Shown here one piece after another: positions 55,339 through 64,000 of a stretch of 64,000 nucleotides of DNA (position 1 is its first letter; each line of letters opens with the position of its first letter). The notes beneath the pieces were generated by a model. The model saw nothing but the letters and a program-made list of their open reading frames with translations, was not told the origin of the DNA and ran no database searches. Origin of the DNA: an uncultured Planctomycetaceae bacterium. GTDB taxonomy: Bacteria; Planctomycetota; Planctomycetia; Planctomycetales; Planctomycetaceae. The position numbers and the translations under genes are program-made. Where the stretch lies: positions 416,001 through 480,000 of the forward strand of contig CAWFGE010000013.1 of NCBI GenBank assembly GCA_963815195.1. Reading direction: 5' to 3'.

Positions 55339-57339
55339 ATGATGTTACTCAGTTCCCGGTGGATGTTGCTGATTGTCGGCGGTGTGGGGGGGGCGATTTG
55401 GCCTGGCGTGGTTTTGGCTCAAGCCCCGCCGGCCGAGGTCGCGAAAGAGTTGCGTGCCGAGCTGGAAAAGCTGCAACAGCAGGTCGCCGAGGAAACCAAG
55501 CGGCGGGAAGCGGAGGCCAAGAAAACGGGGCGGCGGATCGATCGGCAATCGCTCGCCGATGCCGCGGTATTCCCGAAGGCCGTCGAGTGGATCCTCCGGC
55601 ACGAGGAATTCTATAAGCCCAATTACATCGACCAGACCCGCCAGGTTTTGAAGTGGGGCCGGGAACGAGCCGGCCAGCTGGCCCAGGGAAAATCGCCCTG
55701 GCAAAACCGCGCAGGCTCGACGGTGTATGGCTACTTCTCCAAGGTCGATGGCTCCGTGCAGCCTTATGCGATCACATTGCCCGCCGGCGTCGATCCGCAA
55801 GCGGGCCAGCGCTGGCCGCTGTACGTCAAACTCCACGGCCGGGCGGCGACGATGAATGAAGTCAACTTCATCACCCGCTACGAAAACAAACCCACTCCCG
55901 CGGAGCAGACGTGGATTCAATTGGACGTGTTCGGCCGCACCAACAACGCCTTCCGTTTCGCGGGCGAGACGGACGTCTTCGAAGCCATCGCCGACGTGGA
56001 ACGCCGCTTCCGCATCGACGACAAGCGGATCACGCTGTGGGGCTTTTCGATGGGCGGAGCCGGGGCCTGGCATTTGGGTCTGCATCATCCGTCGAAGTGG
56101 GCTTCGGTCGGCGCGGGCGCGGGCTTTGTCGATTTCTACAAATATCAGAAGCGCTCGGAAAAACTTCCGCCTTATCAGGACAAAACCTTGACGATTTACG
56201 ATGCGGAAGATTATGCCCTGAACGCGGCCGATGTGCCGATCATCACCTACGGCGGCGAACTGGATGCGCAGCTCGTCGCGAGCACGAACATGGTCGAAGC
56301 CGCCAAGAAGTTGGACGTCGAGATTCCGCTCCTCATCGGCAAAGGCATGGGCCATAAATTCAGCCCCGAAGGCTACAAGAACTTCATGGCCTTCCATGCC
56401 GAGCACTCCAAAACCGGCCGGCCGAGTTATCCGGGGCGGAAGAAAATCCGCTTCATCACCTACACGCTGAAGTACCCCCATTGCGAATGGCTGACGATTC
56501 AGGAAATGAACTTTATGTATCAGCCCGCGACCGTGGAAGGCGAAGTGACGAACGAACGCGTGCTCAAACTTGCCACGAAAAACGTCGCGGTGCTGGCCAT
56601 CGCCCGGGACACGGCTCAGGACATCGAACTCGACGGCCGGCGTTTGCCTTTGCAATCCGCGGCCGACGCTTTGTTGCCGGACGTGTATTACGAGCGCGGC
56701 GAGAAAGGCTGGATCGTGCTCGATTACAACGAATCCCGCCGATACATGGCGAACCCCAACCACAGCAAACGCCACAATCTCCAAGGGCCGATCGACGATG
56801 CGTTTATGCTGCCGTTCGTTTGCGTGGAAGGCACCGGCAGGCCCTGGTCCGCCGAGCAAACCGCCTGGGCGAATTGGACGCTCGAACGCTTCGATCGCGA
56901 GTTCGACAAATGGATGCGCGGCAAAATCCCGGTCATCAAAGACACCGAACTCACTGAGGACATGATTCAAGACAAAAACCTGATCCTGTTCGGCGATCCC
57001 GGCTCCAACAAAGTGCTCGCCAAGGTCCTGGACAAGCTGCCCGTCGAATGGACGAAGGATTCGCTCAAAGCCGGCGGGAAAACTTGGGACGCAAAGAGGC
57101 ACGGCTTATCGATGATCTATCCCAACCCGCTCAATCCGCAAAGGTATATCGTGATCAACAGCGGGCACACCTTCCACGAGAAGGATTTCAAAGCCTCGAA
57201 CGCCTGGCTGTTTCCCCGCTTGGGCGACATCGCCGTCCAGCGGTTTGAAAAGAACGCCAAGAATGGCTACGACGAGACGGTCGAATGGGCGGCAATTTTT
57301 CACTCCGGTTGGCTTCTCCCGCCGGCTGAGGCAAAATGA
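55339..57339 (+). CDS. secreted alpha/beta hydrolase (prolyl oligopeptidase/esterase-like)
   Basis: Signal peptide, DGSVQPYA, LHGR, nucleophile elbow GFSMGG, GELD, and GMGH (catalytic His). Confidence 0.85.
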   Translation: MMLLSSRWMLLIVGGVGGAIWPGVVLAQAPPAEVAKELRAELEKLQQQVAEETKRREAEAKKTGRRIDRQSLADAAVFPKAVEWILRHEEFYKPNYIDQTRQVLKWGRERAGQLAQGKSPWQNRAGSTVYGYFSKVDGSVQPYAITLPAGVDPQAGQRWPLYVKLHGRAATMNEVNFITRYENKPTPAEQTWIQLDVFGRTNNAFRFAGETDVFEAIADVERRFRIDDKRITLWGFSMGGAGAWHLGLHHPSKWASVGAGAGFVDFYKYQKRSEKLPPYQDKTLTIYDAEDYALNAADVPIITYGGELDAQLVASTNMVEAAKKLDVEIPLLIGKGMGHKFSPEGYKNFMAFHAEHSKTGRPSYPGRKKIRFITYTLKYPHCEWLTIQEMNFMYQPATVEGEVTNERVLKLATKNVAVLAIARDTAQDIELDGRRLPLQSAADALLPDVYYERGEKGWIVLDYNESRRYMANPNHSKRHNLQGPIDDAFMLPFVCVEGTGRPWSAEQTAWANWTLERFDREFDKWMRGKIPVIKDTELTEDMIQDKNLILFGDPGSNKVLAKVLDKLPVEWTKDSLKAGGKTWDAKRHGLSMIYPNPLNPQRYIVINSGHTFHEKDFKASNAWLFPRLGDIAVQRFEKNAKNGYDETVEWAAIFHSGWLLPPAEAK

Positions 57340-57376
57340 AGGCCAGGGGCTTTCTCCGGATGCGGGACACTCAGGC

Positions 57377-57712
57377 ATGACCTCTTACAAAACCAACAAC
57401 CTGCATGTTTACGAGGCGGGCAAACTCACGGTCGTCGGCTTCGGCCGCCGCGATGTGCTGGATCATGTCAACGTGCCCCAGTGCCGGGATGAACTGGCCC
57501 AGATGATCCGCGACCACGAGGTGGAAGTCCTCGCCTTCGATTTGACCGGCGTGAAACTCATCCCCAGCGGCATGCTGGGGCTTTTGGCGTCGCTTCACAA
57601 GCTGGGCGTCAAGGTGATGGTGTTCAATCCCAGCGAGGACATCCGCGAAATCCTGGAGATCACTCGCCTCAACCAGTTCCTCGAAGTCCACGAGGCCCGC
57701 ATCGGGGATTGA
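57377..57712 (+). CDS. STAS-domain anti-sigma-factor antagonist
   Basis: LAFDLTGVKLIPSGMLGLL...NPSEDIREILEITRL. Confidence 0.88.
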   Translation: MTSYKTNNLHVYEAGKLTVVGFGRRDVLDHVNVPQCRDELAQMIRDHEVEVLAFDLTGVKLIPSGMLGLLASLHKLGVKVMVFNPSEDIREILEITRLNQFLEVHEARIGD

Positions 57713-57794
57713 AGGTTTTGTCCCCCTTGGGGGAGAGGGGGACACGAGTGGCTTCAGCCGCTACTGCTTTTCTCCTCAAACGGTAACGCGGATG

Positions 57795-58157
57795 GGGGTG
57801 GCTGGGGCGCACTGAAATTCATCAAGCGAAAAACGCGTTTCGAAAGCTGGGGCCGTGGGAGTTATTTCTCTCGCGTTCATCGCCCCAGTACTTCGCTTGC
57901 CTCACTTTATTCATAAAGGAATCTGCGCCCCAGCCACCCAAACGCGTTTCGAAAGCTGGGGCCGTGGGAGTTATTTCTCTCGCGTTCATCGCCCCAGTAA
58001 TTCGCTTGCCTCACTTTATTCAAAAAGGAATCTGCGCCCCAGCCACCCAACCGCGTTTCGAAAGCTGGGGCCGTGGGAGTTATTTCTCTCGCGTTCATCG
58101 CCCCAGTACTTCGCTTGCCTCACTTTATTCAAAAAGGAATCTGCGCCCCAGCCACCC
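57795..58157. repeat. MITE/REPIN-like element: one left TIR plus 3 x 109-bp tandem units ending in the right TIR
   Basis: Units start at 57831, 57940 and 58049 with few differences. Each ends in gcgccccagccaccc, the inverse of ggggtggctggggcgc at about 57795. Confidence 0.9.
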
Positions 58158-58160
58158 AAA

Positions 58161-58275
58161 CGCAGGGCGCTAGCCCCGGTTTTCGCGGGCGACGTGGACG
58201 TCAGCGCGTTCCGCCCGGTCTCGACCAAGGGAGGATCTCTGAAAATCCAGACCGGCGGCTAGCGCGTTGCCGCTC
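58161..58275. repeat. family-B REP pair
   Basis: cgcagggcgctagccccggtt ... accggcggctagcgcgttgccgctc. Confidence 0.75.
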
Positions 58276-58280
58276 GCTTC

Positions 58281-59138
58281 TCAAGCGAACGCCTTGTGGA
58301 ACGGCGTGATGGCCCTGGCATCCTGGCTGTGATCGAGCACCGCGAAGACCACCCGGTCGAACGCGTCGCGGAAGGTTTCGTTTTCCACGAAATGGTATCG
58401 GAACCAGCCGGCGACGTCGGCGGGATCGTTCTGGAACACGCCGCAGCCCCACGCCCCCAGGACCAGCGTGGTGTGCCCGCAGACCACGGCGACCGACAAC
58501 AGCTTCTCCATCCGCCGAAGCATCGTTTCCTGGATCCGCGGGATGTTTTCGGGTTCGTTCTGGCGGACGGCCCCGGCATTGACCGCGGGAGCGGTCAACA
58601 GGGACACGAGCCAAGGCGTTTCCAACAGCCGGTCTTCATCATCCCGAAACACCGGCACCCGCGGGGAATGGATCAGGTGGTCGGTATACAGGCTGGATCG
58701 GTAGCGGGCGTTGGTGTCGTACATGGTCCGCATCGGCGAGATGCAGGCGTAAAGTCCCGACGCCCGGGCGAGGCTTTCCTCCTGGGCCTGGCTGCCGTTC
58801 AAAAACCCGCCGCCTGGATTCTTGGCCGACGCAAAGTTCAGGCACAGCACATCGCCGCATTTTTCGTGTTCCACCAGATGCCGGGCGGCGGCGAAGGTGG
58901 TGGCGTCGACGACCTCGAACCGGGTCGGCTTGGGGCAAGGCGAACCGGCGAGCCGTTCGTCGCGGCGGGCGAAGACCTGGGGAAACTGCTGCGGAGCGAA
59001 AAGCTGCGACCCATCGACCGCCTCGCTTAACGCCTCCGCAATCTCCACCGTTTGGCCTCGGGGAGATTGATAATGGCCGCGCTTTAGAATCTCAAGCGTG
59101 TCGCGCGCAATCGCCGCGCGCCCCTGTCGACTTGGCAT
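58281..59138 (-). CDS. TIGR02452 / DUF2263 bacterial-type poly(ADP-ribose) glycohydrolase (macrodomain)
   Basis: LNFASAKNPGGGFLNGSQAQEESLAR (GGG-X6-QEE), SPRVPVFRD, LVLGAWGCGVF. Confidence 0.9.
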   Translation of the reverse strand: MPSRQGRAAIARDTLEILKRGHYQSPRGQTVEIAEALSEAVDGSQLFAPQQFPQVFARRDERLAGSPCPKPTRFEVVDATTFAAARHLVEHEKCGDVLCLNFASAKNPGGGFLNGSQAQEESLARASGLYACISPMRTMYDTNARYRSSLYTDHLIHSPRVPVFRDDEDRLLETPWLVSLLTAPAVNAGAVRQNEPENIPRIQETMLRRMEKLLSVAVVCGHTTLVLGAWGCGVFQNDPADVAGWFRYHFVENETFRDAFDRVVFAVLDHSQDARAITPFHKAFA

Positions 59139-59612
59139 GGAACGCAGACTTTAATCGAGAGAGGTGATTCGAGCGGTCTGAGGCGTGCACTTCAAACCGC
59201 ATAGGTTGATCGAACAATTGAATTAGCCGCAGGGCGCGAGCCCCGGTTGACAGACGGATTGTCTCAACGGGAAGTTCCCGCAGAACCGGCGGAAATTCAA
59301 TTTTTTTACGAAACGGCCCGGCGGTTTTTTCAGTCGGCGATCCGATTCGCCGCGCCGGTTGCATGGCCCGTCCCGGAACAACCCGTTCAATTTGCATGGG
59401 CCTTCAGGCCGCTGAGGGTGGCGGGAACCGTTTCGCCTAATCATTTGGAGCGATGCGCACCATGCCGCCGGAAACCCGGACCGCCCCGCGAACGGACTGA
59501 AATCATTGAAATCTTTCGGCCCGCTTCCCGATGTAGAAGCCTGCGGCGAAGATCTGCCGACTTTGCGAAACGTCCACTTTGCGCCCAGACAACCGAATCG
59601 GAGACTCCACAC

Positions 59613-60107
59613 TTGAGCCACTCTCACATCCCGGTGAAACATCTGTTGAAACAGCTGGAAGTTTATCGCTCCACCCGTCGCAACCGCGACATTCGCCCCG
59701 ATTGGCTGACCCATCTGATCGGCCGGCTTTCGGATTTGTTCGACCCCGAAGACGACGTGGCCCGCGTGGGGTTCGAGTGCGGGTGGACGGAAGACGCCTG
59801 GGAAGTCGTGTTGTTTCTGGGCAGCACGGAAATCGTGGGCGGCCCCAACGACGGCAAGAGCCGGCTGGCGAATTTCCGGTTGGATCTCCTCACGCTCATG
59901 GGCAATTTCACCGAGGTCGACCACGTCGAATGGCTGGCCCGGCCGCAATCCGAAATCGGCCATGAACCGTCCCGCGGGGCGTCGTGTCTTCAAATCGTCG
60001 GGCGCATCGACGCGGAACCGTTGCGGCTGATGATTTTCGCCGCTCCGCCCGCGGACGTCGGGCCCGGCATCCGCAAACACCAAAACGGCCACTGCGAACC
60101 GGCGTGA
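59613..60107 (+). CDS. hypothetical protein (start uncertain)
   Basis: TTG start after ggaga. Globular-looking product SHSHIPVKHLLKQLE...WEVVLFLGSTEIVGGPNDG. Confidence 0.6.
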   Translation: MSHSHIPVKHLLKQLEVYRSTRRNRDIRPDWLTHLIGRLSDLFDPEDDVARVGFECGWTEDAWEVVLFLGSTEIVGGPNDGKSRLANFRLDLLTLMGNFTEVDHVEWLARPQSEIGHEPSRGASCLQIVGRIDAEPLRLMIFAAPPADVGPGIRKHQNGHCEPA

Positions 60108-60117
60108 GCGTGCGCCA

Positions 60118-60273
60118 AAGAGCCGCGCACGAAGTCAGCGGACCCGAAATGAACAGCCCGCATCCGCTTACTTCGTGCGCGGCTCTTTTCGGCATTGCCC
60201 GCATCCGCTTACTTCGTGCGCGGCTCTTTTCGGCATTGCATCCGCTTACTTCGTGCGCGGCTCTTTTCGGCAC
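60118..60273. repeat. family-A REP: one forward arm plus three tandem reverse arms (about 41-bp unit)
   Basis: Forward arm aagagccgcgcacgaagtcagcgg, then tccgcttacttcgtgcgcggctctt at about 60163, 60204 and 60241. Confidence 0.9.
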
Positions 60274-60275
60274 TG

Positions 60276-61055
60276 TTATCGGCGGATGGGGCTCGTGAGC
60301 AGGTTGATCAGCCAGGCGAGAATCAGCGTGACAATCAGAATCGAAAGCGTGAACGCGAACACGCCCACCAGATAGGGCACCAGGGCGTTTGCGAGGCTCT
60401 TCACCAGAGAGCCCGCCACGTACAGAATCAGAAACACCACGCCCGCCGCCGCGACGAATTTCAAAATGTGCCGCCAGAAATGGCGGTACGAGTTGGCAAA
60501 GTCCTGCTTGCTGGGAGCCAGCGCGATCGCGAGGGAAATCGTCAAATACAGGTATCCCCAAAACGTCCACTCGCCCGCGTGGTCCATCACGTGGCCCGGC
60601 AGGCGGCCGATGACATAGCTGATGCCCGAGAGGATGCTCGTGAGATTGCTGAGCGGCGCGGCTTCGAATTCCACCGTTTCCGAAGGGCCGCTCCGAAAGC
60701 CCAACGGATCATCCGCCGCCCACGTCAAAAGCGCCATCACGCCCAGGCAGCCGAACACCGGGGCGAACGAAATCAGCGGATCGCCCAGCAAAGGCAGCTT
60801 GGAAGGCCCGTGCGTCACATAGCCCCCATAGACGGTGTGCCCTTTGACCTCTTGCTTCTCGAAGAGCTTGAGTTCCACGACCTTGGCTCCGGTGAGTTTG
60901 CACATTACGTAATGCGACAACTCGTGCACGAGCACGCCGGGGAAAATCATCAGCCGGAATAGATATCCCGAGGTGGCGGAGGTCATCAGCCGGGTGATGA
61001 GGTTGCTCAATAAAATGACCAACCCCAGCCAAACGGCACAAGCCAAGACAATCAT
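60276..61055 (-). CDS. membrane metallopeptidase (M50-like, HExxH)
   Basis: PGVLVHELSH, GGYVTH, LISFAP, APSKQD, and multiple TM helices. Confidence 0.75.
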   Translation of the reverse strand: MIVLACAVWLGLVILLSNLITRLMTSATSGYLFRLMIFPGVLVHELSHYVMCKLTGAKVVELKLFEKQEVKGHTVYGGYVTHGPSKLPLLGDPLISFAPVFGCLGVMALLTWAADDPLGFRSGPSETVEFEAAPLSNLTSILSGISYVIGRLPGHVMDHAGEWTFWGYLYLTISLAIALAPSKQDFANSYRHFWRHILKFVAAAGVVFLILYVAGSLVKSLANALVPYLVGVFAFTLSILIVTLILAWLINLLTSPIRR

Positions 61056-61225
61056 GGGCGAGCGGATGGGAAAGACGAAGGGAACATTCGGGTTCGGTTT
61101 TTATCATACCGTCTCCGGCGCGGAAACTCGAACGCAATCGGTTCCGCGGAATTCGGCATGGTGGACAAGGGCCGCCGCCGGGTATCATACTCAAATGTGT
61201 GTTTCACGACAGTCGGTTGGAGCCC

Positions 61226-61306
61226 GGGTGGCACGTCCCTGAGCGCAGCGAAGGGCGTGGCAATGCGCAGCGGCCATGCCCTTCGTTCCTCAGGGACGTG
61301 CCACCC
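61226..61306. repeat. family-E REP pair
   Basis: gggtggcacgtccctgagcgcagcgaagggcgtggc ... gccatgcccttcgttcctcagggacgtgccaccc. Confidence 0.8.
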
Positions 61307-61373
61307 ATGCCACCCCATCCGAATCTCCCACTCGGTCTGTGAGTTTTGTTTTTGATTTCCCGGCACGATCTTT

Positions 61374-62516
61374 ATGCAGAATCTTGTCCGCCGCGAAGTG
61401 GTGGAAACCGCGCACACTTTTGTCGTCAAAATCGGCACGAACGTCCTGTCCCGGCCGGACGGTTCGCTGGACGTGGATCGGCTCACGAGTCTGGCCGAGC
61501 AGATTCACCGCGTCCACACGACCGGCCGGCGGGTGGCGATCGTTTCCAGCGGAGCCGTGGGGGCGGGCATGAGTCTGCTCTCGCTCACCGAGCGCCCGCG
61601 CGACCTGCCGCACTTGCAAGCCGCCGCCGCGACCGGGCAGGCGCATCTCATTCGGCTGTATGACGACTGCCTTCGCCGGCACGGATACCACGCCGCCCAG
61701 ATGTTATTGACCGGGAACGACTTCAAGACCCGCGCCCGCTACCTCAACGTCCGCAACACGCTGCACACGTTGTTTGAATACGGAGCGGTGCCCATCATCA
61801 ATGAAAACGACACCGTGAGCGTGGCGGAAATCAAGTTCGGCGACAACGATCACCTGGCGGCGATGGTGGCGAACCTGATGTCCGATCCGCTGCTCATCAT
61901 CTTGTCGGTCGTGGACGGGCTTTACGACGGCGACCCGAACCAGCCGGAGACTCGGCCGATTTCTCTCGTCGAGCGGTGGGACGATTCGCTTTTCGATCTC
62001 GCCGGCTCCGCGCGGAGCTCGCGGGGGACGGGCGGGATGCAATCGAAGCTCTCGGCCGTGCGGATGGCGACCGCCGTCGGCGAGAACGTGATCATCGCCA
62101 ACGGCACGGCTCCCCATGTGCTCGAACGGATTTTGGCGGGAGAAGATGTCGGCACGCTGTTTTTGGCGGAAGGCAAAACCGTGCCGGCTTGGAAACGCTG
62201 GATCGGCTACACCGTCCCGCCCAAGGGCCGATTGCTTTTGGATGAAGGGGCTTGCCGGGCCATTGCCGAGCGCGGGCGGTCGCTGTTGGCGATTGGGATC
62301 GCTCGCGTCGAGGGCGATTTTTCGAAGGGCGAACTCGTGTCCCTCGCCGATGCGTCCGGCCGGGAACTTGCCCGCGGCCTGACCAATTACTCCGCTCACG
62401 AACTCGTCCAGATCTGCGGCAAGCACACGGAGGAAATCGCGACGATCCTCGGCAGCCTGCCCTACGCCGAAGCCGTGCACCGCGACAACCTGGTCCTGCT
62501 CCCCGGCACGGCATAA
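61374..62516 (+). CDS. proB: glutamate 5-kinase
   Basis: [40 protein letters not shown], and a C-terminal PUA domain. Confidence 0.97.
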   Translation: MQNLVRREVVETAHTFVVKIGTNVLSRPDGSLDVDRLTSLAEQIHRVHTTGRRVAIVSSGAVGAGMSLLSLTERPRDLPHLQAAAATGQAHLIRLYDDCLRRHGYHAAQMLLTGNDFKTRARYLNVRNTLHTLFEYGAVPIINENDTVSVAEIKFGDNDHLAAMVANLMSDPLLIILSVVDGLYDGDPNQPETRPISLVERWDDSLFDLAGSARSSRGTGGMQSKLSAVRMATAVGENVIIANGTAPHVLERILAGEDVGTLFLAEGKTVPAWKRWIGYTVPPKGRLLLDEGACRAIAERGRSLLAIGIARVEGDFSKGELVSLADASGRELARGLTNYSAHELVQICGKHTEEIATILGSLPYAEAVHRDNLVLLPGTA

Positions 62517-62540
62517 CGGCATCGCCGCAGCGAGAAATGA

Positions 62541-62688
62541 AAGAGCCGCGCACGAAGTAAGCGGATCTTTGGCAGCGTCCGCTTACTTCGTGCGCGGCTC
62601 TTCAGGATCTTTGGCAGCGTCCGCTTACTTCGTGCGCGGCTCTTCAGGATCTTGGGCAGCGTCCGCTTACTTCGTGCGCGGCTCTTCA
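62541..62688. repeat. family-A REP: one forward arm plus 3 x 42-bp tandem reverse arms
   Basis: Units start at 62563, 62605 and 62647 (ggatctttggcagcgtccgcttacttcgtgcgcggctcttca). Confidence 0.92.
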
Positions 62689-62868
62689 GGCAATTTGATT
62701 CCGCCTTTAACAGTGCTGCGGATGTTGCAGGTTTTCGGAATCGCGCCGGCGACCGGGGCGGATTTTTGAAACGCGGCCGAATTTTTGCCGCCTGTTTCTC
62801 CGCGGCGACGTAGGGTTTCATGACGGTTGCGTCAAATTGCCCCTTTCCTCGCCCGCGTGAGATGGATC

Positions 62869-63039
62869 ATGCTGGACAACGCCCTTGCCACTTTTCGCCA
62901 GTACATGTCGTTCTACGGCAAGTTCATTTCCGACCAATGGCACGCCATGGGGCCCACGGGTTATGGAATCTTATTGATCTCCATCGGCGTTTTCGGTTGG
63001 CTGTTGATGAAGAGCGGCATCAAAGGCCCGGGAAGTTAA
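62869..63039 (+). CDS. small single-TM hypothetical protein
   Basis: MLDNALATFRQYMSFYGKF...WHAMGPTGYGILLISIGVFGWLLMKS. Confidence 0.6.
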   Translation: MLDNALATFRQYMSFYGKFISDQWHAMGPTGYGILLISIGVFGWLLMKSGIKGPGS

Positions 63040-63239
63040 ACGATTAGCCGCAGGGCGCTAGCCCCGGTTCATTGCTGACTGGGAAACCCGCATCCATCAG
63101 CCCCCGGGCGCTCGCCCCGGCACCGGTGAGATTTTCGAGATTTTTCTGGAGCGATCGCCTCAAGCCGACCCGCCGGGCGAGTCGATGATATTTTCGCTGA
63201 GATGGGGAGGCGAAGAACAGTCCAAACCAACTATCAGAA

Positions 63240-63390
63240 CCAAGCAAGCCTCGTTGTGGCGATTCCCGTCGGAGGTGCCAAACACATTTTATTGGTCGGC
63301 TTCCAATCACGGGACGTGCTTGAGCACGCCCGGAAGCCCGCCATTCTTAAAGCGACTCCACCGTCGCGACCCCAATGAGGTTTGATTCGA
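63240..63390 (+). ncRNA. 6S-like RNA (rod-shaped hairpin with central bubble)
   Basis: 63245-63256 pairs with 63373-63384, and 63271-63278 with 63352-63359. An A/U-rich bubble follows, then 63293-63304 pairs with 63332-63343 and an apical hairpin. An intrinsic terminator lies directly downstream. Confidence 0.55.
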
Positions 63391-63392
63391 CC

Positions 63393-63429
63393 GCCGCGGC
63401 CGGGGAGCATCCCCGGCCGCGGCATTTTT
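63393..63429 (+). terminator. intrinsic terminator
   Basis: gccgcggccgggga-gca-tccccggccgcggc followed by attttt. Confidence 0.8.
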
Positions 63430-63552
63430 ATGGGAGGATGCCGATTTTGGGACTGCGATTATCCGCGCCTCGCAAATTTGATAATCTGGAACGCGGGCGC
63501 CTTCGTTTTATGATCGGCTGGTCCCTGGCCGCAGTCCGAGAGATCCGCACTT

Positions 63553-64000
63553 ATGCCCACTTCGGTTTGGTCGCGACTGATCTTCTTTCTCACAGTCTTG
63601 GGAGCCGTCTGCACGGTGGCCTCGTGGTTCGGACCGGCGGGCCGGCTGATCCTGTTGGTGCTGATGGGCATGTTCGCACTTCAGGCGGCACCGGTGTACG
63701 CGGTTTATGTCCTTTCGCGGACCCATCATCGCCGGCGGGTTTTGGAATCCATCGCGGCTGCCGGCGGACGCATCACCGCCCGTCTCGGCAGCGATCCCCG
63801 GCAGATTCTGGAACTGGATCTCTCTGGGACCGATCTCGCGGAGTTGCCTTGGGAATCGTTTCACGCCCTTCCCGAAGTGGAGTCGCTCAATTTCGCCGGC
63901 ACCGACCTGACGGACGACAACCTCGACCACCTGGGCCGGCTGTCATCGCTCCGGCGGCTGTGTCTCGACGGAACGGCGGTCAGCGATGCCGCGGTCGCGG
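63553..64000 (+). CDS. membrane-anchored leucine-rich repeat protein (partial)
   Basis: Two N-terminal TMs, then LELDLSGTDL, ESLNFAGTDLTDDNLDHLGRLSSLRRLCLDGTAVSD. The frame runs off the window. Confidence 0.8.
   Translation, partial: MPTSVWSRLIFFLTVLGAVCTVASWFGPAGRLILLVLMGMFALQAAPVYAVYVLSRTHHRRRVLESIAAAGGRITARLGSDPRQILELDLSGTDLAELPWESFHALPEVESLNFAGTDLTDDNLDHLGRLSSLRRLCLDGTAVSDAAVA

Noticed and set aside
57855..58309. Short repeated ORFs MGVISLAFIAPV...
   Set aside because: They are translations of the 109-bp tandem repeat in successive frames, not credible proteins.
62541..62688. CRISPR array (also considered 44243-44347, 57831-58157 and 60156-60273)
   Set aside because: The intervening sequences are identical or near-identical rather than unique spacers, there are only three units each, an inverted partner arm is present, and no cas genes occur. 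These are tandem REP-like repeats.

Overview
GC-rich bacterial chromosomal segment, almost certainly from a planctomycete. The evidence is DUF1549/DUF1553/DUF1501 genes, a groEL-groES-groEL-dnaJ-grpE operon, BlaI/M56-WD40 fusions, a sulfatase and many palindromic REP-like repeats. Many long genes are split by single-base frameshifts, including one groEL copy, which most likely reflects long-read indel errors, so split ORFs are merged below. Recognisable housekeeping and metabolic genes are egtB, groL x2, groS, dnaJ, grpE, proB, eboE, an Fe-dependent alcohol dehydrogenase, a PfkB kinase, a class-V PLP enzyme and a bacterial PARG. The most interesting uncharacterised systems are: (1) a tightly coupled minus-strand operon (45.7-55.2 kb) combining an orphan GlmL/MutL-type ASKHA ATPase, a barrel-sandwich-hybrid protein, a FN3-DUF6754 protein and several polytopic membrane proteins, with no B12 mutase in the window; (2) a BlaI-regulated operon with a giant M56 peptidase-WD40 sensor followed by DUF1549/1553, DUF1501 and EF-hand genes, with visible tandem operators; (3) a probable FHA-pseudokinase-TM-trypsin-DUF4034 fusion; (4) a small gene inserted at the egtB 3' end between 62-bp direct repeats; (5) a recurrent 1+3 architecture in REP-like repeats; (6) a 6S-like structured RNA near 63.3 kb. 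No rRNA, tRNA, CRISPR array, transposase or integrase was recognised. Family names come from motif recognition by eye, not from database searches.
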